64,000 bases of DNA from positions 1-64,000 of IMG/VR virus record IMGVR_UViG_3300023174_006137. One strand, written 5' to 3'. Positions 60,721 to 64,000 of this stretch are shown in pieces. The DNA is from a virus. Below the pieces are notes generated by a model that was not told the DNA's origin, made no database searches, and saw only the letters and a list, made by a program, of their open reading frames with translations. The position numbers and the translations under genes were made by a program. Numbering within the stretch: position 1 is the stretch's first letter; the number at the start of each line of letters is the position of its first letter.

Positions 60721-61551
60721 ATGAAAACAATATTAGAAGGTAATAAAATAATTAAAGAAGCAATTGAAAATTCTTTACCATTTATAGCCGGTAAAATGGG
60801 AGCTGTTGAACAGCAAGTTATGATTTACAAATTAGCCGGTAAAAAATGGGATGATAGTCTAAGATGGCATGCATCAAATCATGCTGGCATTACCCCACCT
60901 ACTGATGTTATATTAGATTTTTTCACTAATGTTTACGAAAAATCTTTACGGAATTTAGACTTATTAACAATCTGGTTTCCAGATAATTTAAATTCAAATG
61001 AATTTGCCATTTCAAATTATTATTGTGGTAAGTCGCAATTTATTTCGGGATTACAAGCTTTAGAACCTTTTTATCATGTGAATCCATGGAGTTACGCACT
61101 TAAAGGTAAAAAAGTATTAGTAATACATCCATTTGAAGATTCTATAAAAGAGCAATATTCTAAAAAAGAACTTTTATTTGAAGATAAAACGATTCTACCA
61201 GATTTCGAATTAATTACATTAAAGACACATCAAACACATGGTGGTGGCAATACAGATTTACCCTGGGATGTTTGTTATAGCGATATGTCTGAAAAGATAA
61301 TGAAAACAGATTTTGATGTTGCTTTGGTAGGTTGTGGTGCATATGGATTGCCTCTATGTGATGTAGTAAAAAATATGGGAAAACCTGCTATACATGTAGG
61401 AGGTGGTTTGCAAATAATGTTTGGTATAAAAGGCAATAGATGGGATAATATGCCAGCAGTTTATAAATATTATAATGAACACTGGAAAAGGCCTTTTGAT
61501 AGCGAAAAAACAAGAAATCATAATATAGTTGAGGGATCAACATATTGGTAA
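60721..61551 (+). CDS. putative glycosyltransferase (GT-D-like, found in polysaccharide loci)
   Basis: GKMGAVE, LEPFY..PWS.ALKGKKVLVIHPF, FDVALVGCGAYGLPL, IH.GG.LQ..FGIKG.RW. Confidence 0.65.
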   Translation: MKTILEGNKIIKEAIENSLPFIAGKMGAVEQQVMIYKLAGKKWDDSLRWHASNHAGITPPTDVILDFFTNVYEKSLRNLDLLTIWFPDNLNSNEFAISNYYCGKSQFISGLQALEPFYHVNPWSYALKGKKVLVIHPFEDSIKEQYSKKELLFEDKTILPDFELITLKTHQTHGGGNTDLPWDVCYSDMSEKIMKTDFDVALVGCGAYGLPLCDVVKNMGKPAIHVGGGLQIMFGIKGNRWDNMPAVYKYYNEHWKRPFDSEKTRNHNIVEGSTYW

Positions 61552-62234
61552 AAAAATTTTTTAATATGAATATTTGGGAAAAATTAAACATTGGTGTCAA
61601 TGATTGGGACACTTTATTAAGATATAAATTTTTAGAAAATACAACTGCAGGGGTATTCTGTGATGTTGGCGCCTGTAATGGATTATTTACAAATTTATTT
61701 AAATATATTTGTGGAAAAAATGGTAAAGTTTATTCTTTTGAATTGAATCCACTAAATTATAATAATATTTTATGGCTTCAAGATGCCAATTGTATTATTG
61801 AAAATTTAGCTATCGCAGAAAATTCTGGCGAAGTTGAGTATTATTCTAATATAGATACTGTCGGTGATTTTACTTCAAATATAGTTGGATTCGATACTGC
61901 TTTTAATTCTATGAAAAAAATAGGTAAAGTAAAGAGTATATCTTTAGATGAATATTTTAAAGACAAGAAGATAGATTATCTTAAAATAGATGTTGAGGGA
62001 GCAGAATTTAATGTTATTAAAGGTGGATTAGAAACTATAAAAAAGTGCAAATATGTAATAATAGAATGTCATTTCCAATCTGATTGGCATAAAATATATG
62101 ATTTATTAAAAGAAAATAATTTAAATTTCAAAAATTTAACAGATGATGTTCCAATTTTTTTCGGAACAACAGAAGTATTGCCAGGTATAGCATATAATGG
62201 CATGCCATATCAAATATATTTAAAAAATGAATAA
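61545..62234 (+). CDS. FkbM-family SAM methyltransferase
   Basis: CDVGACNG, VYSFE, SLDEY, LKIDVEGAE, IECH. Confidence 0.85.
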   Translation: MVKKFFNMNIWEKLNIGVNDWDTLLRYKFLENTTAGVFCDVGACNGLFTNLFKYICGKNGKVYSFELNPLNYNNILWLQDANCIIENLAIAENSGEVEYYSNIDTVGDFTSNIVGFDTAFNSMKKIGKVKSISLDEYFKDKKIDYLKIDVEGAEFNVIKGGLETIKKCKYVIIECHFQSDWHKIYDLLKENNLNFKNLTDDVPIFFGTTEVLPGIAYNGMPYQIYLKNE

Positions 62235-62421
62235 AAATAGCAAATCACAAGTCTCACAGGCAGGATATCATTTTAGTAAAAAAGATGGTGTATTTACACA
62301 AGTTGTCGCTATTGGTGGTAATGATGATATTAATATAAATCCAATTTATGATTTAAAAATACCTTACTTTAAAAGAGAATTAGTGTATGATGCTAGTAAA
62401 TTATTTACTAAAAACAAGTAA
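62227..62421 (+). CDS. small protein, possibly an internally deleted gene remnant
   Basis: 64 aa ORF coupled to both neighbours. Confidence 0.45.
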   Translation: MNKNSKSQVSQAGYHFSKKDGVFTQVVAIGGNDDININPIYDLKIPYFKRELVYDASKLFTKNK

Positions 62422-63095
62422 TGAAAAATTTAATAACTTATAGTTTATGGGGAGATGCGCCTATGTATTGGGTAGGCGCATTAAAAAATATAGAATTGTG
62501 TAAAAAATATTTCCCAGGATGGATATGTAGATTTTACATAGATGATACTTGTGATAAAAATTTAATAAAAACTTTAGAAAGCGATAATGTGGAGATAGTT
62601 CTCGTAAATTCAAAAGATTCTTTTCATGGTATGTTTTGGAGATTTTATGCAGCAAGTGACCCAGAGGTTGACATTATGTTATCCAGAGATTGTGATTCTA
62701 GATTATCTGATAGAGAGTATTATGCAATACAAGATTGGTTAAAAACAGATAAAGATTTTCATATAATGAGAGATCATCCGTATCATACGGTACCTATTCT
62801 TGGTGGTATGTGGGGTTGTAGAAATGGCATATTAAAAAATATAAAAACAGATATTGAAAACTGGACTTTTTTTTCCGAAAAAGGTTGCGATCAAGACTTT
62901 TTGGGCAAAGTAATTTACCCAAAAATAATAAATAATGCAGTAGAACATATTGGATTTAATATAAATTTTGGAGGTAATATAAAATCATTTCCTACTGAAA
63001 GAAAAAAATTTGAATATGTAGGCGATATATTTGACGAAAATGATAATAGACATCCAGAATATTGGAAAATATTACAACTTTATATTAATGATTAA
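62421..63095 (+). CDS. putative glycosyltransferase
   Basis: YSLWG, GMFWRF, SRDCDSR, HIMRDHP.H, ILGGMWG, DQDFL. Confidence 0.65.
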   Translation: MKNLITYSLWGDAPMYWVGALKNIELCKKYFPGWICRFYIDDTCDKNLIKTLESDNVEIVLVNSKDSFHGMFWRFYAASDPEVDIMLSRDCDSRLSDREYYAIQDWLKTDKDFHIMRDHPYHTVPILGGMWGCRNGILKNIKTDIENWTFFSEKGCDQDFLGKVIYPKIINNAVEHIGFNINFGGNIKSFPTERKKFEYVGDIFDENDNRHPEYWKILQLYIND

Positions 63096-63115
63096 TATAA
63101 AAAAAAAAAAGATTA

Positions 63116-64000
63116 ATGAAATTTTTTAATTTAGACTGTCATATTTCAGTAATTGCTGATTTGAAAAAAATATTTGAAGATATTGGACATGAAGTAACTT
63201 CTTGGTCTGTTTCTGGACATAATTGGGTATTCAATCGTCCACCAACAGAGGTTGAGATAGTAAATGCTGATACTTGGAGAGAATTAGACGATAAAATGAT
63301 AGAAGATTTTTACAAAAAGTATAAAGACGAATTATCAATATATGATGCTTTTATATGCACTTATCCTTTAACATTTTCTCTTTTATATGAGAAATTTAAT
63401 AAGCCAATAATATTACATATACCAATAAGATATGAAGTTCCTTTTCAATCAAGACCAGAAATGTGGAATAAATTTAATACTTATTTACAAAAGGGAATAG
63501 ATGAGGGTAAAATAATACCAGTAGCTAATTCATTATATGATAAAAAATACTTTGAATTTTTCGTTAAAAGAGAATGCATTTTGATACAAAATTTATGTGA
63601 ATATACGAATACTATTTGGAGTCCAAAATATAATTCTTTTTTATATTCAAGTCGTTTAAGTGTTAACTTTAACACACCACAAATTATAGAAAAACATAAG
63701 TTAGGTAAATATGATTGGTCAGATTTAAGTAATTTTTTAGGTATTATAGTAATACCATATACATCTTCTTTAATGTCAATATTTGAACACTATATGGCAT
63801 GTATACCTTTATTTTTTCCTTCTAAAAATTTTATTATGGAATTATATAAAAAATATGGTGAAGTTGTGTTATCCGAAATAACTTGGAATAGAATTTATGG
63901 ATTAAAATCCGGCTCAGTAATAGATTGTGACAGGAGTAATGATCCTAATGACTTTGAAAATCTTGATATAATGTCTAAATGGATTGATTATTCAGATTTT
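63116..64000 (+). CDS. putative glycosyltransferase, truncated by the window edge (not in the ORF track)
   Basis: MKFFNLDCHISVIADLK...SGHNWVF...; frame open to the window end, within the GT operon. Confidence 0.65.
   Translation, partial: MKFFNLDCHISVIADLKKIFEDIGHEVTSWSVSGHNWVFNRPPTEVEIVNADTWRELDDKMIEDFYKKYKDELSIYDAFICTYPLTFSLLYEKFNKPIILHIPIRYEVPFQSRPEMWNKFNTYLQKGIDEGKIIPVANSLYDKKYFEFFVKRECILIQNLCEYTNTIWSPKYNSFLYSSRLSVNFNTPQIIEKHKLGKYDWSDLSNFLGIIVIPYTSSLMSIFEHYMACIPLFFPSKNFIMELYKKYGEVVLSEITWNRIYGLKSGSVIDCDRSNDPNDFENLDIMSKWIDYSDF

Noticed and set aside
56660-64000. Eukaryotic giant virus origin of the GT island
   Set aside because: The adjacent myovirus neck gene, bacterial promoters and coupled operon structure fit a phage

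Overview
Very AT-rich, densely coded 64 kb segment of a large (jumbo/huge) T4-like myovirus genome. The host is most likely a Bacteroidota bacterium: at least eight genes are preceded by the Bacteroidota housekeeping promoter TTTG-N17-20-TAnnTTTG. Phage hallmarks are a gp6-like baseplate wedge, a gp13-like neck protein, a GH19 endolysin, T4-type RNA ligases and five free-standing homing-type endonucleases. Auxiliary genes include an RNA/tRNA repair set (CCA enzyme, 2H phosphoesterase, Rnl1, Rnl2, YkuK RNase H-like), a GMP->IMP->AMP route (guaC, purA, purB) plus gmk, CoA genes (coaB-like, coaE), iscA, infC, grpE/dnaJ, a cyclophilin, a sirtuin, and a glycosyltransferase island of more than 7 kb next to the neck gene. 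The main non-standard signals are: (1) a shared N-terminal leader (MKY[LI]KxF..E) on about 10 unrelated proteins, mostly behind a TAATATATA motif; it resembles the T4 capsid-targeting sequence and is carried by two ADP-ribosyltransferase-like paralogs; (2) two paralogous HNH cassettes bounded on both sides by near-identical promoter-like repeats and coupled to small unannotated ribbon-helix-helix genes; (3) three separable promoter classes; (4) a DNA methyltransferase split by one in-frame TAG. No tRNA, rRNA or CRISPR array was recognised. All product calls come from motif recognition by eye; no searches were run.
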